The notes under the pieces: generated by a model
What the model was told of the DNA's origin: nothing
Databases searched by the model: none
What the model saw: only the letters and a program-made list of their open reading frames with translations
Program-made: the position numbers and the translations under genes
Source: Terrimicrobiaceae bacterium
GTDB lineage: Bacteria > Verrucomicrobiota > Verrucomicrobiia > Chthoniobacterales > Terrimicrobiaceae
NCBI GenBank assembly: GCA_044342325.1
Contig: JBIIPZ010000027.1
Span: forward strand, 1-46,017
Reading direction: 5' to 3'
Length of the DNA: 46,017 nt
Shown: piece by piece, positions 9,789 to 20,273 of the stretch
How the letters are laid out: each line of letters starts with the position of its first letter
Numbering within the stretch: position 1 is the first letter of the stretch

Positions 9789-10952
9789 ATGTCCGATATC
9801 GATTTCCTTACCCGCGGTGCCGCCAAAGTCCTCAGCCTCGAAGAACTGGAGGCAAAACTGAAACTCGGCCGCCCGCTCCGCGTGAAGCTGGGCGTTGACC
9901 CCACCGCGCCGGATATTCATCTCGGCCACAGCATCGCCCTATCGAAGTTGCGGGATTTTCAGGATGCTGGACACGAAGCCATTCTCATCATCGGCGACTT
10001 CACAGCGATGATCGGCGACCCGAGTGGACGCTCGGTGACACGGCCCCAACTGACCCACGATCAGGTCATGTCGAATGCGAAGAGTTTTCAGGAGCAGGCA
10101 TTCAAAATCCTCGACCGCGAGCGGGCGAAGATCGTTTTCAACGGCGAGTGGTTCGAGGGCATGAGCTTCGAGGAGGTCATTAAGCTCAACAGCCGCGTCA
10201 CTCTCCAGCAAATGCTCGTTCGTGAGGACTTCCGCGACCGCCTCGACAAGGGGTTGCCCATCCGAGCCCACGAAATCCAATACCCCATCATGCAGGGCTG
10301 GGACTCCGTCATGATCAAGGCCGATGTCGAACTCGGCGGCACCGACCAGCTTTTCAACATCATGGTTGGCCGCGACCTCCAACGCGAGGAGGGCCTGCCG
10401 CAGCAGGTCGCCATGGTCATGCCGATTCTCGAAGGCTTGGACGGCCACCAGAAGATGAGCAAGAGCCTCGGAAACTACATCGCTCTCACCGACGCCCCGA
10501 CTGACATGTTTGGGAAAATCATGAGCATCAGTGATGAATTGATGGCCCGTTATTACGATGTTCTGCTCCACGAGAAGCTGCCAGCGGAGTTGCATCCGAT
10601 GGATGCCAAAAAATCGCTGGCACGCCGCATCACAGCTCGTTTTCACAGCGAGGAAGCCAGCAATAAAGCGCTCGAGGAATTCAATACCCGCTTCAGTTCC
10701 CGCGATCTCGAAGCCGCCGACCTGCCTGTCTTCATCCCCGCCGGGGCGCGGGATTTTCCGAGTATCGTGGTCGAAGCGTTTGCCTCCTGTTTTCAAACCA
10801 CGCGCTCCCGATCCGATGCCCGCCGCCTCATCGAAGGCGGCAGCATTCAGTGGAGGGGCGAAAAAGTCACCGACCCCAAGGCGCAGTTGCCGGCAGATGC
10901 CGAGGGAGTTCTCAAACTCGATAAAACCCGGGCTGTCCGGGTGAAGGTCTAA
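9789..10952 (+). CDS. tyrS: Tyrosine--tRNA ligase
   Basis: GVDPTAPDIHLGH, GGTDQ, KMSKS, C-terminal S4-like domain. Confidence 0.98.
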   Translation: MSDIDFLTRGAAKVLSLEELEAKLKLGRPLRVKLGVDPTAPDIHLGHSIALSKLRDFQDAGHEAILIIGDFTAMIGDPSGRSVTRPQLTHDQVMSNAKSFQEQAFKILDRERAKIVFNGEWFEGMSFEEVIKLNSRVTLQQMLVREDFRDRLDKGLPIRAHEIQYPIMQGWDSVMIKADVELGGTDQLFNIMVGRDLQREEGLPQQVAMVMPILEGLDGHQKMSKSLGNYIALTDAPTDMFGKIMSISDELMARYYDVLLHEKLPAELHPMDAKKSLARRITARFHSEEASNKALEEFNTRFSSRDLEAADLPVFIPAGARDFPSIVVEAFASCFQTTRSRSDARRLIEGGSIQWRGEKVTDPKAQLPADAEGVLKLDKTRAVRVKV

Positions 10953-10959
10953 ATGATCT

Positions 10960-12831
10960 GTGAGACCGGTTTTCTACCAACGAAGACTGCGACCTAATTT
11001 TGGAATAAATTGGTATTGGTTTTCGAGGCTCACAATCGCGGTCTTGGCTGTTTTTTCGGTCCATTTTTTGTGGAACTTCGCCCACAGCATGGTGGATGAA
11101 TACCGCGCTACTCAGTATCAAAAAGCAGCGGCAAGGCTTCTTTCTCAAAATAAAAATGACGAGGCGCTCATGAATGTTCAAAAGGCGCTTTTTCTAGTGC
11201 CTGATCACATTGCTTCGTGTCGGCTCATGGCGCGCCTGTTGGATGCTCAGGGGGATTCGCGGGCGCTGGAGTATTACCGCTTCGTTGCGCTTGAGGGAAG
11301 TATCCTGCCTAGTGAAATTCAACTTGTTGACGCTTCTTCCGATGCAGGAGCTTTTTTTGATGGGGGTGGGGATGTGCTTCGCAGCGGTGACAGATTTTTA
11401 GGAGTTAAAGAAGAAGTGGTTCTTTCTCCAAAAGCGACGCGCGAGGATGCCATGAATCTCGCTCTTGCAGCTGTGAAATATGGCCGGTTGGTTGTTGGCT
11501 GGGATGTTGCGAATTTATTGAGCCTAAAGTGGAAGGATTCGGTTTTTCCGCACCTCCTTAGAGCTTCAATCAATGGTAAGATGGGCGACTTAGCGGCTCA
11601 GGAGTTGGAACTGCGCTCCGCGCTCTCCAAATCTGAGAATCTGGAGACCCTCATGGCTTTTTATGAATTTCTTCTCTCCCAACCCCAGTCCAAGCCAAAG
11701 CGATCGGCGGAATTGGTTCGTGTCCTGGATCAAATCACGAAGCTGAATCCCAGTCGAAAATCGCTGGAGCTTTGTGCGAATACAATTTCCTCGGGGAGCT
11801 TAGAGACAGATGATGCACTTGGTCTTATTCAAATCATTCGAAGGCACCCGGCCTCCGATCAGGCGTCCTTGCTATTTGCCGACAAGCTTCAGCTGGATTT
11901 GCAACCAGACTCTCGTTCACCGATTCTTCAAGGCCTTGTCAAAAGGCTGTTGGCATTACCGCCGATGGATCGCCTTCCCGCAGTGGATTGGTTGATTGAT
12001 GTTCAAGAGCCTACGCTAGCACAGGCCGCCTTGCCTTTGCCCGATGCCATCGCAAGCCCGAAAACATTTGAGATGTGGATAGAGGCGACCATTCTTCTGA
12101 AGCAATGGAACACCATAGACAATGCGCTGGCTGATCCTGCGAATCCCTTGCCCGCCTACCGGACGCAGGCCCTCGAGGCCACAATTGCCGGGATTAAGGG
12201 TAATCCAGCCAAGTCCCGAGAGCTATGGAGCGCTGTTCTGTCGAAAAACCGGGACCGTCCTGATGTTTTTTTGGAACTCCTCATCAGTCTCATTCGCGTT
12301 GGGGAATGGAAGGTTCTCTATCAGGAAATGCCCGCGCTTTTGAACGACCAAAATTGGGCATTCAAGGCGGTGCAAACGCTCATTCCCATAGCCCGCCAAT
12401 ATCGTGACTCGACGCTCATGCTGGAATTTTACCAGCAGGCAATGAAATCTCTAATCATCGCGAATGAAGAAACTATAAAAGATCGCGCCGGTTACACTCG
12501 TCTCATTTTGGGTGAAGCCGTTCCGCTCGAGGCGCTGGAAGCGCGTTCAAGAAAAAATCCAGAGAACGCCTCTTTTCGCCTGACTTATGCACTGGGGCTT
12601 TTGAAATCAGGCTCAAAAGTGAAGGCTCTTTTTGAGCTGAAGGATGTGGAGCCTTCGATTCAGGTTGGTGCCCTCCTGCCACACCAAAAAGCGGTTTACG
12701 CTACCATCCTTGCTGCCAATGGCCAAGTCGAGGAGGCGCAGGGCATCATCAAAACGATCTCTTTTGGTAGCCTGACACGACAAGAGGAGGCACTCGTTTC
12801 GCCCCTCTCGGCTGCAAAGAAGGCCAATTGA
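10960..12831 (+). CDS. Membrane-anchored TPR-like alpha-helical protein
   Basis: 623-aa ORF with one N-terminal TM and TPR-like repeats (EALMNVQKALFLVPDH; YALGLLKSG). Confidence 0.7.
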   Translation: MRPVFYQRRLRPNFGINWYWFSRLTIAVLAVFSVHFLWNFAHSMVDEYRATQYQKAAARLLSQNKNDEALMNVQKALFLVPDHIASCRLMARLLDAQGDSRALEYYRFVALEGSILPSEIQLVDASSDAGAFFDGGGDVLRSGDRFLGVKEEVVLSPKATREDAMNLALAAVKYGRLVVGWDVANLLSLKWKDSVFPHLLRASINGKMGDLAAQELELRSALSKSENLETLMAFYEFLLSQPQSKPKRSAELVRVLDQITKLNPSRKSLELCANTISSGSLETDDALGLIQIIRRHPASDQASLLFADKLQLDLQPDSRSPILQGLVKRLLALPPMDRLPAVDWLIDVQEPTLAQAALPLPDAIASPKTFEMWIEATILLKQWNTIDNALADPANPLPAYRTQALEATIAGIKGNPAKSRELWSAVLSKNRDRPDVFLELLISLIRVGEWKVLYQEMPALLNDQNWAFKAVQTLIPIARQYRDSTLMLEFYQQAMKSLIIANEETIKDRAGYTRLILGEAVPLEALEARSRKNPENASFRLTYALGLLKSGSKVKALFELKDVEPSIQVGALLPHQKAVYATILAANGQVEEAQGIIKTISFGSLTRQEEALVSPLSAAKKAN

Positions 12832-12863
12832 CGCCTCCAGTCTCTCCGGACATCATCTCCGTT

Positions 12864-13931
12864 ATGAATTCCGCTAAGATTTTCGCCTTTGTTATGGCCG
12901 GCGGCAGCGGTGAGCGGTTCTGGCCTATGAGCCGCCAGAGCACTCCCAAGCACCTTCTGCGCCTGCTTGATGACCGCACGCTGCTTGAAACCACCGTGAG
13001 AAGGCTGGAGGGGCTCGTTTCCTTGGAGAACACCTTTATTCTGACCAACGCTGCTCAACTTGAATCCACAAAAGCGGCCGTTCCCTTTTTAGCCGAGAAA
13101 AACATCATCGCTGAACCTGCTAAACGCGACACGGCGCCTGCCTGCGCTCTTGCGACCGCCGTCGCCCGTGCGCTGGACCCGGACTCTGTGTGCATCGTTC
13201 TTCCGGCGGATGCCATGATCCATGATACCGCAAAATTCCGCTCCTGCTTGAGCGATGCGGTGGACCTCGCCTACCGCACGGGCACTATTGCCACGCTAGG
13301 CATTCCCCCTGCGTTTCCGGCAACCGGCTACGGATATCTGGAAACCTCAGAGCCTCTCCCTCAGGGACCGCAAGGCAGTTCCATTCACACTTTGCGGCGC
13401 TTTGTGGAGAAGCCGGAACTCGACAAAGCCCGCGAATACATTGCCGCTGGAAATTTCCTCTGGAACAGCGGCATTTTCATCTGGCGCACCTCCGCGTTCC
13501 TTGACGAGGCGCGGCGTCAGTTGCCCCCGCTCGCTGACTTCATCGAATCCATGCGATCCCTCGATGATCTCCCCTCGCACCTCGCAACACGATTCGCCTC
13601 CCTGCCGAAAATTTCCGTGGATTATGCCATCATGGAAAATGCGAAAAGTATCGCCACTGTGCTGGCCAACTTCGACTGGGATGATGTGGGAGCTTGGACG
13701 GCCCTGCCTTCTCACATTCCGCCCGACGCGGAAGGAAACTGCAAACGCGGTCCCGTCGTCCAACACGCCTCGCGCGATAATATTGCCGTCTCCAATGGTC
13801 GCCTCATCGCCCTCTGTGGCGTTGACAACCTCGTCGTTGTGGAAACTCCAGACGCAATCCTCGTCTGCGACAAAGCCTCAGTTCAGGATGTCAAAGCCCT
13901 GCAACCCCTTCTGCCAGCCGATTTGAAGTGA
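12864..13931 (+). CDS. manC: Mannose-1-phosphate guanylyltransferase
   Basis: MAGGSGERFWPMSR..PK, EPAKRDTA, FVEKP, WNSG, ISVDYA, WDDVG; no C-terminal cupin isomerase domain. Confidence 0.93.
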   Translation: MNSAKIFAFVMAGGSGERFWPMSRQSTPKHLLRLLDDRTLLETTVRRLEGLVSLENTFILTNAAQLESTKAAVPFLAEKNIIAEPAKRDTAPACALATAVARALDPDSVCIVLPADAMIHDTAKFRSCLSDAVDLAYRTGTIATLGIPPAFPATGYGYLETSEPLPQGPQGSSIHTLRRFVEKPELDKAREYIAAGNFLWNSGIFIWRTSAFLDEARRQLPPLADFIESMRSLDDLPSHLATRFASLPKISVDYAIMENAKSIATVLANFDWDDVGAWTALPSHIPPDAEGNCKRGPVVQHASRDNIAVSNGRLIALCGVDNLVVVETPDAILVCDKASVQDVKALQPLLPADLK

Positions 13932-13940
13932 TCAACTAAA

Positions 13941-13967
13941 CCCAAGAAGGCTGAGCCTTCATTTGGG
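13941..13967. terminator. Hairpin between convergent genes, probable terminator
   Basis: cccaa-gaaggc-tga-gccttc-at-ttggg; short T-rich tail on the minus strand. Confidence 0.45.
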
Positions 13968-13972
13968 AAACC

Positions 13973-15604
13973 TCAGGGGTTCGCCTTGTCGATGAGGTGC
14001 AATCGGAGAATGCGGCGTATTTCTTCGATTCCGTCAGGATCTTCGTTGGCTCCGTGGCCAGACGGGACGATTTTTTCGGATTTTGCGTTGGGCAGGTGCG
14101 AACTCCAGTAGGGCACGACTCCATCCGAGCTGTGCGGCGTGTCACCTTTGCCTTGGTCACCGATCACCGAGTGGTAGGTGACTTGTTTGGACATGGGGAG
14201 TTTGAGAATCGCGAGCAGGAGTGGGGACTTCGCCCGTAGGAAGCGTATGCTGTTTGCGGGGGCCACAAAAAGGTCGCGCAGGTGGCTTCGGATGGAGTTG
14301 ACCATCACAAGGCGGTCGAGCGATGTGCTGAGGTTTGGCAGGCGAACCAGATTCGAAAAGAAATCAGCCAGCGGGTTCATCGCAAGCTGACTGCCTTGGT
14401 GTGGTGTGGCCATGAAAATGACGCGGCGGATGTCCTCCCTGGGCTGGAAGTTAACGATTTTCAAAAGGTTTTCCTTTGCTGCGGGGCTGATTTTTAGCTT
14501 CTCCGGCGGGGTGTCCGTGAACTGCTTCCAGAGATCTTCCCCACCTTTTCGCACCATGAGGCTGGAAATGAGCCCCCCCATGCTATGGCCAACGAGCACG
14601 ATCTGATCGAGGTTCGGGTTTTTATGGCTGGGGTCCACCATCTCACGATACCGGTCGAGCTCGCTGCGAAGTTTTGCTGCCGACCACCAGACGGGAAGGC
14701 CCGTGGGGTAGAGGTAGAACCAGAATTGATAGCGTGAGCGGATTTTCGGATCGGCAAGAAGTTGGTTCACTGCCGAGGTCCAAGCTGCAGGTCGGCAGAG
14801 TAGGCCGTGCACAAAGACCACGGGAATTTTCTTGGTATCGTATTCGTCAATCTGGAGGAGGCCGGTGTTTTTAAAATTGGTATCCGAGAAAAACAGGGCC
14901 TGGATATCGATGGAACTATTCTTCCCCTGGCTGAGGAGGTAGGCGATCGGCGCCGAAAAATCGGCGGCCAGAGTTTCTTTCCTTCCATTGAGAACAACGC
15001 TCTCCGTCTGGAGGCGTCGGTAAAATGTGAGCTGCGGTCCATTTTTATCAAAACGAACGAGGGCCGTAGCTGGGATGCTCATGCCGGTCTGAGCCGCGCT
15101 GGGTTGTCCGGCCAGACCGGGTGAGCCTTTGGCGAACCATGCCACATACGCGACTCCTGCTCCTTCCACGGTCACTCGCTCGCGCAGGCCTTGGATCTTA
15201 ATGGAATGGGCGGCTATGAGCTTCGATACTTGCTGCGGGTCGACTGTGTTGATCGATGCCGGAGTGATGCGGATGGCGCTGTTTTGGAAATTCTCAGTAG
15301 CCAGAATTTCAACCAAACGAGCAGTCGCGATTTGATTCAGTTTTTGAAATTCTGTTCCAACTCGCGCGTTGGAGGTTTCGCGAAGGGCTTTGAGGAGAAG
15401 CTCGATGCGCTCGGATTGAGGTAGTGACTTGTCTTCGGTCTTCTGAAGAAGGGCGGCGGGTTCGCTTGTGGTGGCTAGCGACTCGACGGTGCGCTGGGCA
15501 GCCACGCTGGGAGCACGGGTTAGCTTCACATTCACAAGCGCGCAGCTTGTAAGCAAGGCGGGTGCAATCGCAGTGGCGAACACCGTGATCAAAAGTTTTT
15601 TCAT
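13973..15604 (-). CDS. Alpha/beta-hydrolase (lipase/esterase) lipoprotein
   Basis: Lipobox LTSC; VFVHGL oxyanion region, GHSMGG nucleophile elbow, SDGVVP Asp, SGH His. Confidence 0.88.
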   Translation of the reverse strand: MKKLLITVFATAIAPALLTSCALVNVKLTRAPSVAAQRTVESLATTSEPAALLQKTEDKSLPQSERIELLLKALRETSNARVGTEFQKLNQIATARLVEILATENFQNSAIRITPASINTVDPQQVSKLIAAHSIKIQGLRERVTVEGAGVAYVAWFAKGSPGLAGQPSAAQTGMSIPATALVRFDKNGPQLTFYRRLQTESVVLNGRKETLAADFSAPIAYLLSQGKNSSIDIQALFFSDTNFKNTGLLQIDEYDTKKIPVVFVHGLLCRPAAWTSAVNQLLADPKIRSRYQFWFYLYPTGLPVWWSAAKLRSELDRYREMVDPSHKNPNLDQIVLVGHSMGGLISSLMVRKGGEDLWKQFTDTPPEKLKISPAAKENLLKIVNFQPREDIRRVIFMATPHQGSQLAMNPLADFFSNLVRLPNLSTSLDRLVMVNSIRSHLRDLFVAPANSIRFLRAKSPLLLAILKLPMSKQVTYHSVIGDQGKGDTPHSSDGVVPYWSSHLPNAKSEKIVPSGHGANEDPDGIEEIRRILRLHLIDKANP

Positions 15605-15642
15605 AGTCTAAAAAAGTCTGGTTGAGCCCGTGCAGGGGAAGA

Positions 15643-16971
15643 TTATTTTCCAATGCAGAATCTACTGAAGATTTCGCCTAGGATGTCCTCGGTGTCAGTC
15701 GCGCCAACGATTCGTCCCAGTGCGTCAAGCGAGGAGCGGAGCTCCACCGCCGCCAGTTCCGGCGGGGCGCTGGTTTGAACGAGCTCGTCGGCAGCGCGCA
15801 GGGATGCGGCAGCGGATTCCAGAAGCGTCTTATGGCGGGCGTTGATGGCGGCAAGGGAGTCGCCCGTGCAGAGATGCTTTGCGCCTTTTGAGTTGGTCAT
15901 GGCGTCGAGAAGTGCGTCAAAGCCCGCGCCAGTCAACGATGAGACAGGGATGGCGCCGGTATGTTTGAGCGATTCTGGCGGCAAGAGGTCGCATTTGTTC
16001 GCAACCAGTATTTCGCGCTCATTCAAGGGTGCTGGCGGTGTCGTGGCGCTGGCATCAAAAATGTGCAGCACGAGGTCAGAATTTTCCATCGCGCGTCCGC
16101 TGCGCGCCACGCCCTCTCGCTCAACGGGGTCATTGGTTTCACGGAGGCCTGCCGTATCTGTGAGGCGGAAAAGGATGCCGCGTAGGCAGGCCGACTCTTC
16201 GATCGTATCACGCGTTGTGCCTGGAACCTCGCTGACGATGGCCCGGTCCATGCCGAGTAGGCGGTTCAAGAGGCTGGATTTCCCGGCATTGGGAAGTCCC
16301 ACGATAGCCACACGAATTCCTTCGCGTAGGATGCGGCCTTCATCGGCTGTGGATAGTAATCGCTCCGTGCGCTCAAGCGCGGCGTTGATTTTTGCCAGTA
16401 GATGGCGGCCGGTTGCCGGATCGATGCCCTCTTCGGGAAAATCAATCCAGGCTTCGATATGTGCAACGACCTCCAGCACAGTGTCACGCAGTGCGAGGAT
16501 TTCCTGGCCCAGCCGACCTTCAAGCTGGAGTGCCGCCGCCCGCAGTGCGGGTGCGGTGCGAGCGCGGATGATGTCCATGATCGCCTCAGCGCGGGTGAGG
16601 TCGATTTTGCCATTGAAAAATGCCCGTTGGGAAAACTCGCCCGCATCGGCCACCCGCGCACCGGAGCGAAGCACGGTTTCAAGAATGCGTGCGGCGAGCA
16701 GGATGCCACCGTGGCAGGTGATCTCGGCCATATCCTCGCCGGTGAAACTGGCTGGCGCTTGAAATGTCGTGACCAAAACCTGATCGAGCACCTCGTCGCC
16801 GTCGTGGATTTTTCCAAATGTCGCCTGGCGGGGGGCAAGGGTCTTGACTGAGGACTTGAAAATGCGGGCTAGAATGGGAGCCGCATCCGGGCCTGAGATA
16901 CGAACCATGGCAATGGCTCCTTCGCCAGGAGGCGTGGCGATTGCAGCGATTGTATCCGATGAGAAGCTCAT
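15643..16971 (-). CDS. mnmE: tRNA uridine-34 modification GTPase MnmE
   Basis: DTIAAIATP, GLPNAGKSS, GTTRD, DTAG, NKCD, terminal FCIGK. Confidence 0.98.
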   Translation of the reverse strand: MSFSSDTIAAIATPPGEGAIAMVRISGPDAAPILARIFKSSVKTLAPRQATFGKIHDGDEVLDQVLVTTFQAPASFTGEDMAEITCHGGILLAARILETVLRSGARVADAGEFSQRAFFNGKIDLTRAEAIMDIIRARTAPALRAAALQLEGRLGQEILALRDTVLEVVAHIEAWIDFPEEGIDPATGRHLLAKINAALERTERLLSTADEGRILREGIRVAIVGLPNAGKSSLLNRLLGMDRAIVSEVPGTTRDTIEESACLRGILFRLTDTAGLRETNDPVEREGVARSGRAMENSDLVLHIFDASATTPPAPLNEREILVANKCDLLPPESLKHTGAIPVSSLTGAGFDALLDAMTNSKGAKHLCTGDSLAAINARHKTLLESAAASLRAADELVQTSAPPELAAVELRSSLDALGRIVGATDTEDILGEIFSRFCIGK

Positions 16972-18095
16972 CAGGCAGTTTTGCCCGTTTTGAGCAGGCC
17001 CGTCCTGTGGAGAGTCTCAAGCTCTTCCATGAAGCGGCGGTTTTGTTCCATCGTTCCCACCGAGACGCGAATCCACTCGGGAAGTTTGTAGCTTCGCATG
17101 GCCCGGACTATAACGCCTCGCTTGAGGAGCGCTTTGAAAACGGCATCTCCATCACCCACCTCAACCAAAACAAAATTCGCAACGCTCGGCACAAAGGTTA
17201 GGCCCAATCTGGTGAACTCTGCTTCCAGATAATTTCTGCCTTCGTGTGTGAGATCACGCGTGCGCCGCATGTGCTCATCGTCGCGAAGACCCGCGAGAGC
17301 GCCTGCCTGGGCAATGCCATTTGCATTGAACGGTTGGCGTGTCTTTTGAAGCACCTCGGCGATCCGCGCAGGAGCAAGGCCGTAGCCTATGCGCAGGTTA
17401 GCGAGGCCCTGGATTTTTGAAAATGTTCGCATCACCACCACATTGCGATCCTCGCGCACATAGCGCAGGACATCCGGTGGATTATCAAGAAACTCAAAAT
17501 ACGCTTCGTCAAAAATCACCAACACATGCTCGGGAACCCGCTCCATGAAACGGTCTATCGCATCCTGCCCGACGAGTGTGCCTGTGGGGTTGTTGGGATT
17601 TGCGATGAAGAGTTGCCGGGTCTTGGGAGTAATTGCAGTCAGCATGGCCTCTAGGTCGTGCGTAAAGCCGGGATCGGGAACTTCAACGGTGCGGGCTCCG
17701 AAAAGTTGGGCCATGAGGCTGTAAACCGCGAAGGCATGGCCTGCCGTCACCACTTCGTCGCCAGGCTTCAGAAAAGCGTGGCCAATGAACTCGATGATTT
17801 CGTTCGAGCCATTCCCAAGAATGACATTCTCACGCTTGAGGTCCAATTTTTCAGCAATCGCGTTGCGAAGGGCCCACGCGCCGCCATCCGGGTAGAAGTG
17901 GGAGCGCTCGAGAGTGTCCCTCATGGCCTGAAGCGCCACAGGAGATGGTCCAAGCGGATTTTCATTCGAGGCGAGCTTGATGATTTGAGATGGCTCAAGA
18001 CCCATCTCTCGGGCGAGTTCCTCCACGGGTTTGCCTGGTTCGTAGGCGACGAGATCAAGGATGTGTTTGTGGGCGTTGGACAGGATGGATGGCAT
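16971..18095 (-). CDS. hisC: Histidinol-phosphate aminotransferase
   Basis: YEPGKP, KLASNENP, NPNNPTG, DEAY, RTFSK..GLANLRIGY; stop overlaps the mnmE start (TGATG). Confidence 0.95.
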   Translation of the reverse strand: MPSILSNAHKHILDLVAYEPGKPVEELAREMGLEPSQIIKLASNENPLGPSPVALQAMRDTLERSHFYPDGGAWALRNAIAEKLDLKRENVILGNGSNEIIEFIGHAFLKPGDEVVTAGHAFAVYSLMAQLFGARTVEVPDPGFTHDLEAMLTAITPKTRQLFIANPNNPTGTLVGQDAIDRFMERVPEHVLVIFDEAYFEFLDNPPDVLRYVREDRNVVVMRTFSKIQGLANLRIGYGLAPARIAEVLQKTRQPFNANGIAQAGALAGLRDDEHMRRTRDLTHEGRNYLEAEFTRLGLTFVPSVANFVLVEVGDGDAVFKALLKRGVIVRAMRSYKLPEWIRVSVGTMEQNRRFMEELETLHRTGLLKTGKTA

Positions 18096-18172
18096 TTTTA
18101 TGTTGAGGGTGTGGTTTTGTTCTCGGTGAAGAATTGCCTCTTGGGGCTCGGGATTCAAGGCGCGGTATGCAT

Positions 18173-19069
18173 TTACGCTTTTAAAATTCCGCGAGCGGTA
18201 TCCATGAGAGCTGAAACGCCCGCATGGTTGTATTGCCGCTCGCCGGTTACTACAAAAAGGTCGTCCTCGATTTCGCAGCGGAACGGAAGAGCAGTCAGAC
18301 CATAGCGCTTGCAGACATCCTTAAGGACCGGTTCGTGCACTGGAGCGGCTCCAAGGCCTCTTGCGGCAAGTTCCAGCATGGCGGCGCCATCATCGAACTC
18401 CGCTTTGATCAGGGGAGTGATGCCTTTCTCCGCCCACCACTGTTCGAGTTCGCGCCGCAGGATGGATTCACGGGCTGGTGCTAGGATCGGAAGCTCTGAA
18501 GGATCTCCTTTTTTTCGGTAGGAAGCGACGATCTTGGGGGATGCGGCAAAAACGACCCTCATCCTTCCTATGCGGATGCCGGGTGGAAGATTCATGCGTG
18601 TCGGTGGCGGAGCCTCGTTCGCCAGCACGAGATCGATTTGATGAGTGGAAAGCGCCCCCCACAATTCTTGGGGCAGACCCTCTCGCACAACAACGCGGAG
18701 CCCCGGTGCCTGTTCGCAGGCACGTTCGAGCAGGCGCGCCGCAAGCAGCTTGGGAACGGCATCAGCCACTCCGAGAAAAACGGTTCCGGGTCCGCTGAAT
18801 CCGCCGCGTTTCACGGAGTCGACCATCTCATCCCCCATGGAAAAAATCCTCTCCGCATAGCCCAGAAGGTGTCTGCCAGTCTCGGTGGGCGTCATGCGGC
18901 GGCCCTCGCGTCGGAAAAGTGTGGTGCCAAAGAATTCCTCCAAGTCGCGCACCTGGGCGCTCAGTGTCGGCGCCGAAACATGGAGCGCCTCTGCGGCGGA
19001 TGTGATGCCGCCGCAAGTCGCGACGGCGAGAAAATAGCGCAAATGATGGTAGTTCAGCTGTGTGTTCAT
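18173..19069 (-). CDS. LysR-family regulator, NhaR-like
   Basis: LNYHHLRYF N-terminal HTH and GVADAVPK / EFDD motifs typical of the NhaR subfamily. Confidence 0.9.
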   Translation of the reverse strand: MNTQLNYHHLRYFLAVATCGGITSAAEALHVSAPTLSAQVRDLEEFFGTTLFRREGRRMTPTETGRHLLGYAERIFSMGDEMVDSVKRGGFSGPGTVFLGVADAVPKLLAARLLERACEQAPGLRVVVREGLPQELWGALSTHQIDLVLANEAPPPTRMNLPPGIRIGRMRVVFAASPKIVASYRKKGDPSELPILAPARESILRRELEQWWAEKGITPLIKAEFDDGAAMLELAARGLGAAPVHEPVLKDVCKRYGLTALPFRCEIEDDLFVVTGERQYNHAGVSALMDTARGILKA

Positions 19070-19143
19070 GATTCTATAAAAACTAATGTAATATTTTGAA
19101 ATTCGTAATTCCCAAAACAAAAATCAAGTGCCAATGTTTCTCC
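19070..19143. promoter_or_regulatory. Divergent AT-rich promoter region with a candidate LysR box
   Basis: ttctataaaaactaa (19072-19086) is a T-N11-A type dyad next to the regulator start; second partial box ttcgtaattcccaa. Confidence 0.5.
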
Positions 19144-19839
19144 ATGCTACTACCAATCCTTTTATTCCTTGGCACACTGGGTCTCTCATTCTGGGCTTCC
19201 ATGCGCGTTAAGAGCGTCTATCGCAAATACGCGGCGGAGCCTTCACTCACTGGACTTACCGGCGCACAGGCTGCCGCCAGAGTTATGGAGGATGCCGGTG
19301 TTGAAGGTGTCACCATTGAATCCTGCCCCGGCGAACTCACCGACCACTACGATCCTTCACACCGCCGTCTCGTCCTTAGCGAGGGCAACTACAGCGGCAC
19401 ATCGATCGCTGCCTTGGCTGTTGCCGCCCACGAGGCGGGTCATGCCATCCAGCATGCACGCGCCTACGCTCCTCTCCACCTTCGCATGGCAGCCGTCGGG
19501 GCCACCCAGATCGCAAGCCAACTTGTCATGTGGCTTCCGCTGATCGGTATGTTCACCGGTTTTGTAAATTCACACACGGGCATCATCCTCATGGCAGCAG
19601 GTTGGGGTATCATTATGCTCTTTAATCTGGTGACCCTCCCTGTGGAGTTCGACGCATCGGCCCGCGCCAAAGCCGCACTCCGCCACTCCGGCATTCTGGC
19701 CGCCATGCATGAGGAGGACGGCGTGAACCGTGTTCTCAATGCCGCCGCGTGGACCTATGTCGCCGCCTTCATAACCTCACTCGCCTACTTCATTTGGCAT
19801 CTTCTCCCATTGTTGATGGGCCGAAGGGACGAGGAATGA
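19144..19839 (+). CDS. Membrane neutral zinc metallopeptidase (YugP / Zn_peptidase_2)
   Basis: LTDHYDP, AAHEAGHAIQH (HExxH), TLPVEFDASARA, VLNAAAWTYVAA. Confidence 0.93.
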   Translation: MLLPILLFLGTLGLSFWASMRVKSVYRKYAAEPSLTGLTGAQAAARVMEDAGVEGVTIESCPGELTDHYDPSHRRLVLSEGNYSGTSIAALAVAAHEAGHAIQHARAYAPLHLRMAAVGATQIASQLVMWLPLIGMFTGFVNSHTGIILMAAGWGIIMLFNLVTLPVEFDASARAKAALRHSGILAAMHEEDGVNRVLNAAAWTYVAAFITSLAYFIWHLLPLLMGRRDEE

Positions 19840-20273
19840 AGCCACTCACCCATAGAACTTCCATTATCGTGTCACCTTTGAATCCGCAAAAAGCCATATC
19901 CATCGACGAGTTCATCGAGGCGGAGCGGGCTGCTTTCACCGCGAAGAGCCTCATCAAGCTCGTGGACTTGATTCCTAACTTGCGGTCTAAAATGGAAACC
20001 GAACAGGCTCGAATCCACTATGATCTGATTCAAGGCGTTGAAACTCTCATCTGTATACTGCAGTCTCCCGATGTGTCCCGCAGCACTGATCCGCTACCAG
20101 TTCATCTCGCCGAGGCCGGTGTGGCTGCCTACTACATTCTCAAAGGAGCGGATATCATACCCGACTCCATCCCTGAAATCGGCCTTACGGATGATGCGCG
20201 CATTTTGGCCCGTGTCTTTGAAAGAAACGCCATACTTAGAGATTACAGCATGCCTCATGCTCTCAAGGCATGA
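19836..20273 (+). CDS. YkvA/DUF1232-family protein
   Basis: YYIL..DIIPDSIPEIGLTDD motif; ATGA overlap with the upstream gene. Confidence 0.8.
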   Translation: MKPLTHRTSIIVSPLNPQKAISIDEFIEAERAAFTAKSLIKLVDLIPNLRSKMETEQARIHYDLIQGVETLICILQSPDVSRSTDPLPVHLAEAGVAAYYILKGADIIPDSIPEIGLTDDARILARVFERNAILRDYSMPHALKA

